The translations under genes and the position numbers were made by a program. A stretch of DNA of 64,000 bases from the NCBI GenBank assembly GCA_963724015.1, contig CAVRTM010000014.1:427289-491288 (forward strand). The letters are read 5' to 3'. This DNA comes from an uncultured Actinomycetota bacterium (GTDB lineage Bacteria; Actinomycetota; Actinomycetes; Actinomycetales; Dermatophilaceae). Positions 47,025 through 56,667 of the stretch are shown here, piece by piece. Every line of letters starts with the position of its first letter. Positions within the stretch are counted from its first letter, which is position 1. The notes under the pieces are model-generated. The model searched no databases. It was given only the letters and a program-made list of their open reading frames with translations, and was not told the DNA's origin.

Positions 47025-47785
47025 CGGCGGGCGGCGTCCACGGCGAGCCACGCCGCGCCGATGATGCCGGCGGAGTTCTGCAGCTGGGCCGCCACGATGG
47101 GGGCGCGCAGGTGCAGCAGCGGCAGGAACTTGTCCGCCTTCTTGGACACGCCGCCGCCGACCACGATGAGGTCGGGCCACAGCAGGTCCTCGACGTGTCC
47201 GTAGTAGCGCTGCAGGCGGACGGCCCACTGCTCCCAGGAGAGGTCCTCGTTCTCGCGGGCGCTGGAGGCGGCGCGGGTCTCGGCGTCGTGCCCGTCGATC
47301 TCGAGGTGACCCAGCTCGCTGTTGGGCAGCAGGACACCGCGGTTCAGCAGGGCGCTGCCGATGCCGGTGCCGAGAGTGGTCATCAGCACGAGGCCGTCGT
47401 GGTTGCGGGCGGCACCGTAGTGCAGCTCGCCGACCCCGGCGGCGTCGGCGTCATTGACCACGCTGACCGGGCGCCCGAGCTCGTCGCTGATCATCTTCTC
47501 GGCGTCGGTGCCGATCCACGCCTGGTCGATGTTCGCGGCGGAGCGCACGACGCCGTGCGTCACGACCGCGGGGACGGTGACGCCGATGGGGGAGTCGCCG
47601 GTCTCGTCGGCGAAGTGCTCGGCGATCTTCTTGACCAGCGCGGCGACGGCCTTGGGGGTGGACTCGGCCGGGGTCTCCAGCCGCAGGCGGTCCGCCGCGA
47701 AGGCGCCCTTGTCGAGGTCCACCGGAGCGCCCTTGATGCCGCTGCCGCCGATGTCGATGCCGAGGGGGTGGTGCGTGCGGGACAT
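47021..47785 (-). CDS. ppgK: Polyphosphate glucokinase (ROK family)
   Basis: LGIDIGGSGIKGAPVDL..ETP..VTVPAVV..NDADAAG..LTLGTGIGSAL..ELGHLEIDG. Its stop overlaps the permease stop on the other strand (CTAG). Confidence 0.88.
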   Translation of the reverse strand: MSRTHHPLGIDIGGSGIKGAPVDLDKGAFAADRLRLETPAESTPKAVAALVKKIAEHFADETGDSPIGVTVPAVVTHGVVRSAANIDQAWIGTDAEKMISDELGRPVSVVNDADAAGVGELHYGAARNHDGLVLMTTLGTGIGSALLNRGVLLPNSELGHLEIDGHDAETRAASSARENEDLSWEQWAVRLQRYYGHVEDLLWPDLIVVGGGVSKKADKFLPLLHLRAPIVAAQLQNSAGIIGAAWLAVDAARR

Positions 47786-47923
47786 GGCTCGCCTTTCGCC
47801 GGGAACACGTGCTGCCCCGAACCTATGCCGTCCCGGCCGGCGGCGCAGCGTGCGGGGTGCCGCGCCGTCCCGCGCAGCCCGCCGGCTGTCCGCCCGCCAC
47901 CGGCGCGACCGGGTGCCGCTGGG

Positions 47924-48787
47924 TCAGGGGAGGGTGAGGATCTCGTTGCCGGAGTCGGTGATGAGGATGGTGTGCTCGAACTGCGCGGAGCGCTTGCGGT
48001 CCTTGGTGACCACGGTCCAGTTGTCGGCCCACATGTCCCACTCGGGCGTGCCCAGGTTGAGCATCGGCTCGATCGTGAACGTCATGCCCGGCTTGATCTC
48101 GGTGGCGTAGCCGGGTGCCGCGTCGTAGTGCGGGATCACCAGCCCGGAGTGGAACGCCGCGCCGATGCCGTGCCCGGTGAAGTCGCGCACCACGCCGTAG
48201 CCGAAGCGCCTGGCATAGCTCTCGATCACGCGGCCGATGATGTTGATCTGCCGCCCGGGCAGCGCCGCCTTGATGCCCCGCATCGTGGCCTCGTGGGTGC
48301 GCTCGACCAGCAGCCGCGACTCCTCGTCGACGTCGCCGCAGAGGTACGTCGCGTTGGTGTCACCGTGGACCCCGCCGATGTAGCCGGTGATGTCGATGTT
48401 GACGATGTCGCCGTCCTCGAGCCGCCGGCTGTCGGGGATGCCGTGGCAGATCACCTCGTTGACGCTGGTGCACAGCGACTTGGGGAACGACCGGTACCCC
48501 AGGGTCGAGGGGTAGGCGCCGTGGTCGAGCAGGAACTCGTGCCCGACCCGGTCGATCTCGTCGGTCGCAACGCCGGGCGCGATGACCTTGGCGGCTTCTG
48601 CCATGGCCTGCGCCGCGATCCGGCAGGCCACCCGCATCTTCTCGATCGTCTCCGCGTCCTTGACCTCCGAGCCGGTGTACTTCTCCGGCGCCGGCTTGTC
48701 GACGTACTCCGGGCGAGCGATCGTCGAGGGAACGGGACGGCGGTCGGTGACCGTGCCGGGGGCGACACTGGCGTAGGTGAGCGGCAT
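47924..48787 (-). CDS. map: Type I methionine aminopeptidase
   Basis: [43 protein letters not shown]. Confidence 0.95.
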   Translation of the reverse strand: MPLTYASVAPGTVTDRRPVPSTIARPEYVDKPAPEKYTGSEVKDAETIEKMRVACRIAAQAMAEAAKVIAPGVATDEIDRVGHEFLLDHGAYPSTLGYRSFPKSLCTSVNEVICHGIPDSRRLEDGDIVNIDITGYIGGVHGDTNATYLCGDVDEESRLLVERTHEATMRGIKAALPGRQINIIGRVIESYARRFGYGVVRDFTGHGIGAAFHSGLVIPHYDAAPGYATEIKPGMTFTIEPMLNLGTPEWDMWADNWTVVTKDRKRSAQFEHTILITDSGNEILTLP

Positions 48788-48866
48788 ACCGGAAGTCTAG
48801 GCAGCGCGACGGCATACGGTGGACTGCGCTGGCAGCACCAGCACCCGCGAACACAGGAGGTCGGCA

Positions 48867-49055
48867 ATGCCGTACTGGTACAACGTGACCACAGGCCAGG
48901 TCGAGGACGATGCGACCCGCAGCCGCGACGACGAGGTGATGGGTCCCTACGCCACCAAGGACGAGGCCGCGAACGCGCTGGCCCACGCCCGCCAGAACAC
49001 CGAGCGCTGGGACGCCGAGGACCGCGCGTGGAACGACGCGGACGGCGAGGACTGA
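48867..49055 (+). CDS. Conserved small acidic protein of unknown function
   Basis: RBS aggagg 6 nt before the ATG. MPYWYNVTTGQVEDD....MGPYATKDEAANALAHARQNTERWDAEDRAW. Similar small proteins occur in actinobacteria, as far as I recall. Confidence 0.55.
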   Translation: MPYWYNVTTGQVEDDATRSRDDEVMGPYATKDEAANALAHARQNTERWDAEDRAWNDADGED

Positions 49056-49090
49056 CCCCCTGCCCACGCGCCCCGTGCCGGCTCGACGGC

Positions 49091-49507
49091 TCAGGCGGTG
49101 GCGGCGCTGAGCCGCTCGAGCGCCCGGGCCCAGCGCTGTCTGAGCGCGCCGGCGTCCGCGCTGCCGTCGAGGTGCTCCTGCCGCAGCGTCACGCGGGTGC
49201 CGTCGCCGTCGGCGGCGAGGTCCAGCTGCACCATCGTCGCGGGCGCGTCCGCGTCGGCGTGCCAGGAGAAGCGGACCTGCTCCAGCGGGTGATAGCTGCG
49301 CAGCACGCCGTGGGTGCCGTCCTCGCTGCTCCAGGGCTCACCCTTGCGCCCGAGCGTGGCGCCGGGGCCGAGGAGCGCCTCCGGCCCGTCCGGCCCTGCG
49401 AGCACGCGCCACACGTCCTCGACCGGCTTCTGCACGACCGTGTGCGCCTCGATGCTGCTCCCGTCGGAGCTGCCGGATCCCTCGTCGACTGCTGGTTCTG
49501 CCGTCAT
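49091..49507 (-). CDS. SRPBCC/AHSA1-like domain protein
   Basis: 138 aa. VQKPVEDVWRVLAGPDG....VRFSWHADADAPATMVQLDLAADGDGTRVTLRQE. Confidence 0.6.
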   Translation of the reverse strand: MTAEPAVDEGSGSSDGSSIEAHTVVQKPVEDVWRVLAGPDGPEALLGPGATLGRKGEPWSSEDGTHGVLRSYHPLEQVRFSWHADADAPATMVQLDLAADGDGTRVTLRQEHLDGSADAGALRQRWARALERLSAATA

Positions 49508-49576
49508 CGGTGGTGGTCTCCCTTGGTCCCCGTCGACGCCGGGCCGACGGTCGCGAGTGGTGGGACCCCCAGCGAA

Positions 49577-50229
49577 TCAAGGCTGGGCCGAATGCACAAT
49601 GCCTGCAGGGGCGTGAACGCTGACCGCGTAGCCGCCCCCGTCGTACGGCGCACCGTCCCAGGCCGCCAGCCGCCGGACCAGCCCCAGCCCGGCCGCGTCG
49701 CAGGCCGCGGTCGTACGCCGACAGCGGGGTCACCGGGCACCCGGGGGGCAGGTGGGCGGCGTCCAGCCCGAAGCCGCAGACCAGCAGCCCGGATGGAGCC
49801 AGCACCCGGGCGAGCTCGGCCACCGTCGACGGCAGGGTGCCGTCGGCCAGCAACGGAATGACGTTGCCGGCGGCGAGCACCAGGTCGTACCCGCCGGCCA
49901 CTCCCGCGCCGACCTCCCGCAGCGCGCCCAGGTCGGCGAGGACCCAGGCGAGGCCCGGGTGCTCGCGCCGCGCGACGGCCAGCATGGAGGGGTCGACGTC
50001 CACGCCGGTGCACGCGTAGCCGAGCTCGGCCAACCGGGCCGCGACCCGGCCGGTGCCGCAGCCGGCGTCCAGCACCCGTGCCGGTGGCGGCACGAGCGAG
50101 GCGGCGTACGACGCCTCGCCGTGCACGTCCGCCCCGCTCGCGGCCAGCGCGGCGAACCGCCCGGCGTAGTCCTCACCGTCGGCTCCGCCGGTCAGCTGGG
50201 CCCAACGGGTCTGTCGGGAGCTCGCTCAT
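49577..50229 (-). pseudogene. Class I SAM-dependent methyltransferase, two apparent +1 frameshifts (about 50217 and about 49705)
   Basis: MSEL.. / ..WAQLTGGADGEDYAGRFAALAASGADVHGEASYAASL..RVLDAGCGTGRVAARLAELGYACTGVDVD.. / ACDAAGLGLVRRLAAWDGAPYDGGGYAVSVH. Confidence 0.75.
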
Positions 50230-50239
50230 GGGGCTCAGG

Positions 50240-50458
50240 CTAGGACGCGGCCTGCGCCGCGCGGACGGCGCGCTCCCGGACCGCGTGCCCGTCGGTGCGG
50301 TCGTCGTAGGACCAGAAGTCGCGCAGCGACGCCGACGAGGCCAGGACCCCGAGCACGCACAGGACGCCGCCGCTGGTGATCGAGGCGCGCACGCCCCAGC
50401 GGTCGGCCACCAGCCCGGCGCGGGCCGTGCACCTTCCATCGGGTTGTCCGGCGCGCGG
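50240..50458 (-). pseudogene. 3'-terminal remnant of an MFS-type transporter gene (last 60-70 codons only)
   Basis: A stop-to-stop open frame with no start codon. It reads ..ARAGLVADRWGVRASITSGGVLCVLGVLASSASLRDFWSYDDR..* which looks like the final TM helix and tail of an MFS exporter. It is wedged between two unrelated genes. Confidence 0.4.
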
Positions 50459-50471
50459 CTAGGGTCGACCG

Positions 50472-51734
50472 GTGACCTTCCCCGCGCACCCCCGCTCCCT
50501 GGACGTCGTGGTGTTCGGCGCGAGCGGTTTCGTCGGCCGCCTCGTCGCGGCGCACCTGGCCACGGCCGCGCCGGACGGCCTCCGCGTCGGCCTGGCCGGC
50601 CGGTCCACCGACCGCCTCGCTGCCGTCCGCGACGGGCTGGGGCCGGTCGCGGCGCACTGGCCGCTGCTGGTCGCCGACACGGGCGACCGGGCGGCACTGG
50701 AGCAGATGGCGGCCGCGACCCGGGTCGTCGCCTCGACGGTCGGGCCCTATGAGCGGCACGGTGAGCCGGTGGTGGCGGCCTGCGCCGCGGCCGGCACGCA
50801 CTACGCCGACCTCACCGGCGAGGTGCTCTTCGTCCGCCGCAGCATCGCGCGCTTCCACGACCTCGCGCGCTCGACCGGCGCGAGGGTCGTGCACTCCTGC
50901 GGGTTCGACTCGGTGCCCTCGGACCTCGGCGTGCTGCTGGCGCACGAGCAGGCGCAGGCCGACGGTGAGGGGCCGCTGGAGGACACCACTCTCGTGGTCA
51001 CCGACCTGCGCGGCGGGGTCAGCGGCGGCACGGTGGAGTCGATGCGGCTGCAGCTGGAGGCGGCCCGTCGGGACGCGGCGACGCGCCGCATCTTGGCCGA
51101 CCCCTACTCGCTCAGTCCTGACCGGCTGGCCGAGCCGGACCTCGGCCCGCAGCGCGATGCGGTGGGGGTGAGCCGGGACGCCGGGCGCGGGGAGTGGCTG
51201 GCGCCGTTCGTCATGGCGTCGTACAACACCCGCGTGGTGCGGCGCAGCAACGCCCTCACGGACTGGGCGTACGGGCGGCGGTTCCGCTACCGCGAGGTCA
51301 TGGCCTTCCAGGGGGCGGTCACCGGCCCGGTGGCGGCCGTCGCGGTGACCGGCGGGCTGGCCGCCACGATGCTGGGGATGCGCTTCGGACCGACCCGTGC
51401 GCTGCTGGACCGGGTGCTGCCCGAGCCGGGCGAGGGACCGGACGAGAAGACCCGCACCCACGGCAGGTTCCGGGTCGAGGTGCGGGCCACGACCACCACC
51501 GGCGCGTCGTACACGGTGGTGGTCGCGGCCTCGGGCGACCCCGGCTACGCCGCGACGGCGGTGATGCTCGGGGAGAGCGCCGTGGCCCTGGCCCTCGGGG
51601 AGGACCTGCCCGACCGCGCTGGTGTGCTGACGCCCGCGACGGCGCTGGGGGACGCGCTCGTGGACCGGCTGCGGGCTGCCGGGTTCGAGCTGTCGGTGGT
51701 GGGTGTGCCCGGGGGCCGCGACCGCAGGGGCTGA
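50472..51734 (+). CDS. Saccharopine dehydrogenase-family NAD(P)-binding protein (trans-acting enoyl reductase-like)
   Basis: VVVFGASGFVGRLVAAHLA (Rossmann motif)...VGPYERHGEPVVAACAAAGTHYADLTGE..HSCGFDSVPSDLG. Intact, 420 aa. Confidence 0.8.
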   Translation: MTFPAHPRSLDVVVFGASGFVGRLVAAHLATAAPDGLRVGLAGRSTDRLAAVRDGLGPVAAHWPLLVADTGDRAALEQMAAATRVVASTVGPYERHGEPVVAACAAAGTHYADLTGEVLFVRRSIARFHDLARSTGARVVHSCGFDSVPSDLGVLLAHEQAQADGEGPLEDTTLVVTDLRGGVSGGTVESMRLQLEAARRDAATRRILADPYSLSPDRLAEPDLGPQRDAVGVSRDAGRGEWLAPFVMASYNTRVVRRSNALTDWAYGRRFRYREVMAFQGAVTGPVAAVAVTGGLAATMLGMRFGPTRALLDRVLPEPGEGPDEKTRTHGRFRVEVRATTTTGASYTVVVAASGDPGYAATAVMLGESAVALALGEDLPDRAGVLTPATALGDALVDRLRAAGFELSVVGVPGGRDRRG

Positions 51735-51785
51735 GCCTCCTCGTCCGCGGCCGCCCGGGCACCAGCCCAGGTCAGGTCGGTCAGG

Positions 51786-52787
51786 TCAGCGGTGCAGCTT
51801 GGGCAGGACCTCGCGGCCGAAGACCTCGATCCACTCGGCCTGGTTGCGCCCGACGTTGTGCAGGTAGACCCGGTCGAAGCCGAGGTCGACGAAGCGCTGG
51901 ATGTAGGCCCGGTGCTCCTCAGGGTCGGAGCTGATCACCATCCGGCCCTCGAAGTCCTCGGCGCGCACGAGCTTGGCCATCTGCTCGAACTCGAAGGGGG
52001 AGCGGATGTCCGCCTTGGGGAACTTCATCCCGCCGTTGGGCCACTCCACCATCGCGTTGGTCAGCGCCTCCTCGTCGGTCGGCGCCCAGGACAGGTGCAG
52101 CTGCAGGACCTTCGGCATCGTGTCGGGGTCCTTGCCGGCCTCGCGGGCGCCTTCCTCGAACTTGGCGAACAGCCCGCCGATCTTCTCCAGCGGCGCGCCG
52201 ACGGTGATGATGCCGTCGGCGAACTTGCCGGTCTTCTTGGCGTTGATCGGCCCGGCGGTGGCCACGAGCACCGGGGGAGCGACCTCCGGCATGGTCCACA
52301 GGCGCGCGGACTCCATCTGGAAGTAGGTGCCCTTGTGCTTGACGTCCTTGCCGGCGATGGAGGCGTCGAAGAGCTTCTTGATGATCTCGATCGCCTCGAA
52401 CATGCGGGCCGAGCGCTCGCCAGCCTCGGGCCAGTAGCCGCCGATGACGTGCTCGTTCAGGGCCTCGCCCGCGCCGACGCCCAGCCAGGAGCGACCGGGG
52501 TACATCGCCTCGAGCGTGGCGGCCGCCTGGGCGACCATCGCCGGGTGGAACCGGAAGGACGGGCAGGTGACGCCGGGGCCCATGTCGCCGGTGGTGCGCT
52601 CCCCGACGGCGGTCAGCACGTTCCACACGAAGGAGGCGTGGCCCTGCTGCGGCACCCAGGGCTGGAAGTGGTCGGCGGCCATGCAGCCGGAGAAGCCGTG
52701 CTCCTCGGCCAGCGCGGTCAGCGCGACCGCCTCGGTGGGGTGGAACTGCTCCAGCATGGCGGCGTAGCCGACGGTGAGATCGCTCAT
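51786..52787 (-). CDS. LLM-class F420-dependent oxidoreductase of the glucose-6-phosphate-dehydrogenase (Fgd-like) family
   Basis: GY..MLEQF.P......A..AEEHGF....ADHFQPW....GHA.F.W..L.AVGERT...GVGAGEALNE resembles mycobacterial Fgd1. Substrate cannot be assigned from sequence alone. Confidence 0.7.
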   Translation of the reverse strand: MSDLTVGYAAMLEQFHPTEAVALTALAEEHGFSGCMAADHFQPWVPQQGHASFVWNVLTAVGERTTGDMGPGVTCPSFRFHPAMVAQAAATLEAMYPGRSWLGVGAGEALNEHVIGGYWPEAGERSARMFEAIEIIKKLFDASIAGKDVKHKGTYFQMESARLWTMPEVAPPVLVATAGPINAKKTGKFADGIITVGAPLEKIGGLFAKFEEGAREAGKDPDTMPKVLQLHLSWAPTDEEALTNAMVEWPNGGMKFPKADIRSPFEFEQMAKLVRAEDFEGRMVISSDPEEHRAYIQRFVDLGFDRVYLHNVGRNQAEWIEVFGREVLPKLHR

Positions 52788-52854
52788 GGGGCCACGCTAG
52801 TACCGGCCGGTGGGGTGCTCGCCGGGCGCTGCCGAGCAGGGGTTGGTGGCGGCG

Positions 52855-54000
52855 TCAGCTGATGTCGAACTTGATGATCTGGCCGGTCGGGCCGCCGGGG
52901 TTCTTGGCCGGCATGACGCTCCAGTTCGAGACGTAGACGTCGTGGCCCCTGAAGGCGAACCCAGAGGGCGCGAACAGCTGCCCGGTGCCCCAGATGCTGC
53001 GGTGCCCGTTCCTTGCGATCTGCACCAGCGCGCCGATCGGGGAGCCGGATATCAGGCCGTGGGCGAAGATCTCGGTGGCGTAGAAGTTCCCGCGGGAGTC
53101 GAACCCGCACCCGTTGACGGCCGTGAGGCCTGTCTTCCACACCCTGGCGGTGCCGTGGCTGTACCGCCACACCCGGGCATGACCGGCGGTCAGGTAGCCG
53201 CCGAGGAGCTCACCGATGTACAGCGCTCCGTCCGGGCCCTTGGCCACGCAGGTCGGTACCGAGTCAACCGGCGCGCCCTTGGGGACGTTGAGGTAGGTCA
53301 GCACCTTCACCCTCCCGGTGGAGGAGACCCAGTCCAGTGTGTTGGCCCCGGCGTCTGCGACGTACGCGCCCCCGGTGGCCGCCAGGATGGCATTGGGGTT
53401 GGCGTCCGGGAACTGCGGGTTCAGCTTCTTGTGCGCGGCGCTCCAGAGGTAGTCGATGTCGCCCACTGGTGCCACCGGGGTGTACCGGCCGTGTGCGGTC
53501 AGCCGGATCTGTCGGCCCAGCTGCTGGCGGGCAGCCGTCAGCACCGGGCTCGTTGGCGTCTTCGGTGGAAGTCCGTGCGCGCTCTCGCCGATGAGGGCGT
53601 ACACATGCCCGTGTCGGGCGGAGACCGACACCGGGCCTTCGGCCGACTGCCCCTTGGGGTCGGCTGCCGAGATCAGGCCGGTCACGAGGCGGACGACGCG
53701 CCCGTCGGAACGCACCCTGCTGACCGCCCCGGTGAGCCCGGCACACAGCGGGGAACCCTCCGGGCCCGGGCCCAGGCACACTGGCCCCCCGTGGCCCGCT
53801 TCGGCCACGTACAGCACGCCGCTGGCGCCGAAGCTCAAGCCCCGCGGGTTGTCCAGGTTCGAGGCGACGACCTTGCCCTTGGGCGCCGCGGCACCAGAGG
53901 CCACAGCGGGGGCCAGGCTCGTGCCCGACACGACCAACGCGCTGACGGCCCCCACGACACCGACACGGCCACTGACTCGCACTCGTCGACTCCGGTTCAC
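52855..54000 (-). CDS. Secreted ScyD/ScyE-family beta-propeller protein
   Basis: A signal peptide (..GAVSALVVSGTSLAPAVASG), then LDNPRGLSFGASGVLYVAEAGHGGP.C and repeated G.LY..E blades. Confidence 0.6.
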   Translation of the reverse strand: MNRSRRVRVSGRVGVVGAVSALVVSGTSLAPAVASGAAAPKGKVVASNLDNPRGLSFGASGVLYVAEAGHGGPVCLGPGPEGSPLCAGLTGAVSRVRSDGRVVRLVTGLISAADPKGQSAEGPVSVSARHGHVYALIGESAHGLPPKTPTSPVLTAARQQLGRQIRLTAHGRYTPVAPVGDIDYLWSAAHKKLNPQFPDANPNAILAATGGAYVADAGANTLDWVSSTGRVKVLTYLNVPKGAPVDSVPTCVAKGPDGALYIGELLGGYLTAGHARVWRYSHGTARVWKTGLTAVNGCGFDSRGNFYATEIFAHGLISGSPIGALVQIARNGHRSIWGTGQLFAPSGFAFRGHDVYVSNWSVMPAKNPGGPTGQIIKFDIS

Positions 54001-54214
54001 GATTCGACGCTCCCTTGGGACCGGCGGTCGAGACGCTCGGGCCCCTGCGGCCGCGGTCTTTCGACGCTAGCGCGCACGGACCAGTGCGGACCACCCCCTA
54101 AACCGGCCCCAGCAGAGGCCATCGGCGATCGTGGTCCAGTCGACGGTTCGCAAAGGGACACCCGACCGTCAGCGTGGGCAGCGCGGGGGGACGTGGGGGC
54201 ACCCGGGACCCGCG

Positions 54215-54832
54215 TCAGCCAGAGACCGCGGTGCCGAGGGAGTCTGCGCCCATGACCTTGGGTGCTCCCTTCTCGTAGAAGACGTCGAGCTCGGTGACGG
54301 TGAAGCCCGCGGCGGTGAGCAGGTCCACGACGGACCGGGTGAGGTGGCACCCGCCGACGAGCCGCTTCTGCAACGGCTCCAGGCGGTGCTGCCAACGCCG
54401 AACGTCCTCGTCGGGCGCCAGGCCGTGCTCGATGAAGTGCAGCGTGCCGCCCGGGCGGAGGACGCGTCGTACCTCACGCAGTGCGGCGGCCGGATGGGGG
54501 ATGGTGCACAGCGTCCAGGTCGACAGCGCGGTGTCGAAGCTGTGCTCGTCGTACGGCAGGAGCTCCCCGTCCAGTGCGGACCGTTGCACCGGCACGCTGC
54601 TCGCCGCAAGGCGCTTGCCGGCGAGCTTCCAGCCAACGTCGGAGGGTTCGACGGCATCGACCGCGGTGACCCCGGCCGGGTAGTACGGGACGTTGAGTCC
54701 CGACCCGAACCCCATCTCCAGCACACGCCCGTGCAGCTGCTCGCAGACCCGTTGTCGCAGCGGCACCACGATCTTCGTGCCGCACGCCACGTCGATGACC
54801 CGCGGGAGCACCCGGTCGCCGTACCAGCCCAT
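54215..54832 (-). CDS. Class I SAM-dependent methyltransferase
   Basis: The internal ATG is taken as the start. VLEMGFGSGLNVPYY (motif I), LRPGGTLHFIEH. Confidence 0.75.
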   Translation of the reverse strand: MGWYGDRVLPRVIDVACGTKIVVPLRQRVCEQLHGRVLEMGFGSGLNVPYYPAGVTAVDAVEPSDVGWKLAGKRLAASSVPVQRSALDGELLPYDEHSFDTALSTWTLCTIPHPAAALREVRRVLRPGGTLHFIEHGLAPDEDVRRWQHRLEPLQKRLVGGCHLTRSVVDLLTAAGFTVTELDVFYEKGAPKVMGADSLGTAVSG

Positions 54833-55308
54833 CACTGCTCCCCTCCTGGACCCAGACTGCCGCGCCAGGCCGCGCCGCGCCACGCCTCGTCCGCGACCGG
54901 GGGGAACGACGTCACCCAGGCGCCCGTTCAGCCCCGCTTGCGTAGCGGCCGGCCGAGCCCGCGTCCCGGATGCGGGAGCCGCGCCGTCACCCCCGAACCC
55001 ACCACTCCACGGGACGCTGACAGCGCTCAGGCTGACGAGCGCCTACGGCGGGGCCGGCGCTTGACCGGTTGGGCGTCAGACCAGAGAGCCACGTGTCGGT
55101 CGAGGGTCCTCCGCGCTTGGACAGAGCGCATGGTGGTTCGGGCGTCGTCGAGGGGCGCGGATCTGTACGCCGCGCACATCGACAACCACCTCGCGCGGGC
55201 AGGCCCGCAGCAGCCGGCGCACCGCCCGGGCCAGTCTGGGTGCACTGCTGAGGTCCGGGGATCCAGCACGCCCAGGGCCCGGCCAGCTGCGGCGGTGCAG
55301 CAGCACCG

Positions 55309-56667
55309 GTGGAGAATCGACCCATGGACGTCTCGCCACTCAACCGACACCCCGGGCAGGACGCATCGACGCGCGCACCCGTCGACGCGCACGTGACAGG
55401 CCCACAGCCCGCGCACCCGGGAGCCGGCGAGGCGTCCGAGGCCGCAGCGGGGTCGGTGGGGGTACCGGTCGCCGATCAGATCGCCCAGGCCGATGCGGAG
55501 ACCGTGCAGCTCATCGACGACCAGCGCTACGGGAACGTCGACGAAACCCTGGTCAACACACTGGGCCAACCGCTGAACCGGCGCTCGCCGTTCTACCTCG
55601 GCCTGATGGCGGGGCTCGGTCTCCTGGCGTCCTACGGGCTCGTGCACCTGTTGCTCCAGGTGACGCAGCTCATCACCTTCATCCTCGTGGCGCTCTTCCT
55701 CGCGCTGGGCCTCGAGCCTCTGGTGTCGCAGCTCGTGCGCCGGGGTCTGCGTCGCGGTTGGGCCGTGCTCGTGGTGATGCTCGGCCTGCTGGTCATCCTG
55801 GGCTTCATCGGATGGATGGTCCTGCCGACCTTCGTCACCCAGATCGCGTCCCTGATCAACAGGACACCCAGCTACCTCACCGACCTTCAGAACCAGGGCC
55901 TGGTTCATCGGCTCGACAACCGGTTCCATCTCGCGCAGCAGGTTCAGGCCCGGGCCCAGTCCAGCATCAACGCGGGCACCGTCACATCGGTCCTGGGAGG
56001 GGTCCTGGGAGCCGGAAAGGCGCTCGTGGACGGTGTCCTCGCCGTCGTCACTGTGCTCGTACTGACCCTGTACCTGATGATGGCGCTTCCCACCGTCAAG
56101 GCGGCCTGCTACAAGCTCGTGCCCCACCAACGACGCGTACGTGTGGTGTTCCTCGGAGAGCAGATCTCGCGGCAGGTCGGCGGCTACGTCCTGGGACAGA
56201 CCGTCGTGGCCACCATCAACGGATTGCTGACGTGGCTCATGCTCACCGTGCTGGGGCTCCCTTTTCCCGTCGTACTCGCGGTGATGGCTGGGTTCCTGGC
56301 GCTGATCCCCATCGTCGGCACCATCGTCGGCGGCGTCATCATCACCCTGGTAGCGCTCACCGCCGGCTGGACCACCGCTCTGATCGCTCTGGGCTACTAC
56401 ATCGCCTACCACATCTTCGAGGCCTATGTTCTCTCGCCGCGGATCATGCACCGGGCCGTCAATGTCCCCGCCGTGGTCACCATCGTCGCCGTGCTGGCTG
56501 GCGGCACCCTCCTGGGAGTGGTCGGCGCATTGATCGCGATCCCCGTCGCTGCCGGCCTGTCCCTGATCTACGACCAGGTTCTGGTCCCACGTCAGCAAGG
56601 CCTCAAGGGCGGGGTACGCAGTCCCTCCGAGGGGACCGCTGTAGCTCGCCCCCCGGTCAGTTCTTGA
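55309..56667 (+). CDS. AI-2E family transporter (PerM/UPF0118)
   Basis: About 8 TM segments. ..LIPIVGTIVGGVIITLVAL...YYIAYHIFEAYVLSPRIM. An alternative start lies at 55324. The 3' end overlaps the convergent gene by 11 nt. Confidence 0.82.
   Translation: MENRPMDVSPLNRHPGQDASTRAPVDAHVTGPQPAHPGAGEASEAAAGSVGVPVADQIAQADAETVQLIDDQRYGNVDETLVNTLGQPLNRRSPFYLGLMAGLGLLASYGLVHLLLQVTQLITFILVALFLALGLEPLVSQLVRRGLRRGWAVLVVMLGLLVILGFIGWMVLPTFVTQIASLINRTPSYLTDLQNQGLVHRLDNRFHLAQQVQARAQSSINAGTVTSVLGGVLGAGKALVDGVLAVVTVLVLTLYLMMALPTVKAACYKLVPHQRRVRVVFLGEQISRQVGGYVLGQTVVATINGLLTWLMLTVLGLPFPVVLAVMAGFLALIPIVGTIVGGVIITLVALTAGWTTALIALGYYIAYHIFEAYVLSPRIMHRAVNVPAVVTIVAVLAGGTLLGVVGALIAIPVAAGLSLIYDQVLVPRQQGLKGGVRSPSEGTAVARPPVSS

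Noticed and set aside
45158-49861. A 1567-aa forward ORF, the longest in the track, which might look like a giant novel protein
   Set aside because: It runs off-frame through the ABC genes and antisense through ppgK, map and the SRPBCC gene. It is Arg/Gly/Pro/Ala-rich with no recognisable domain. Stop-free alternative frames are expected at this GC3 level.
54131-55396. A 421-aa forward ORF spanning the methyltransferase locus and the gene-free gap
   Set aside because: It is antisense to a well supported methyltransferase gene, and its remainder has no recognisable motif.
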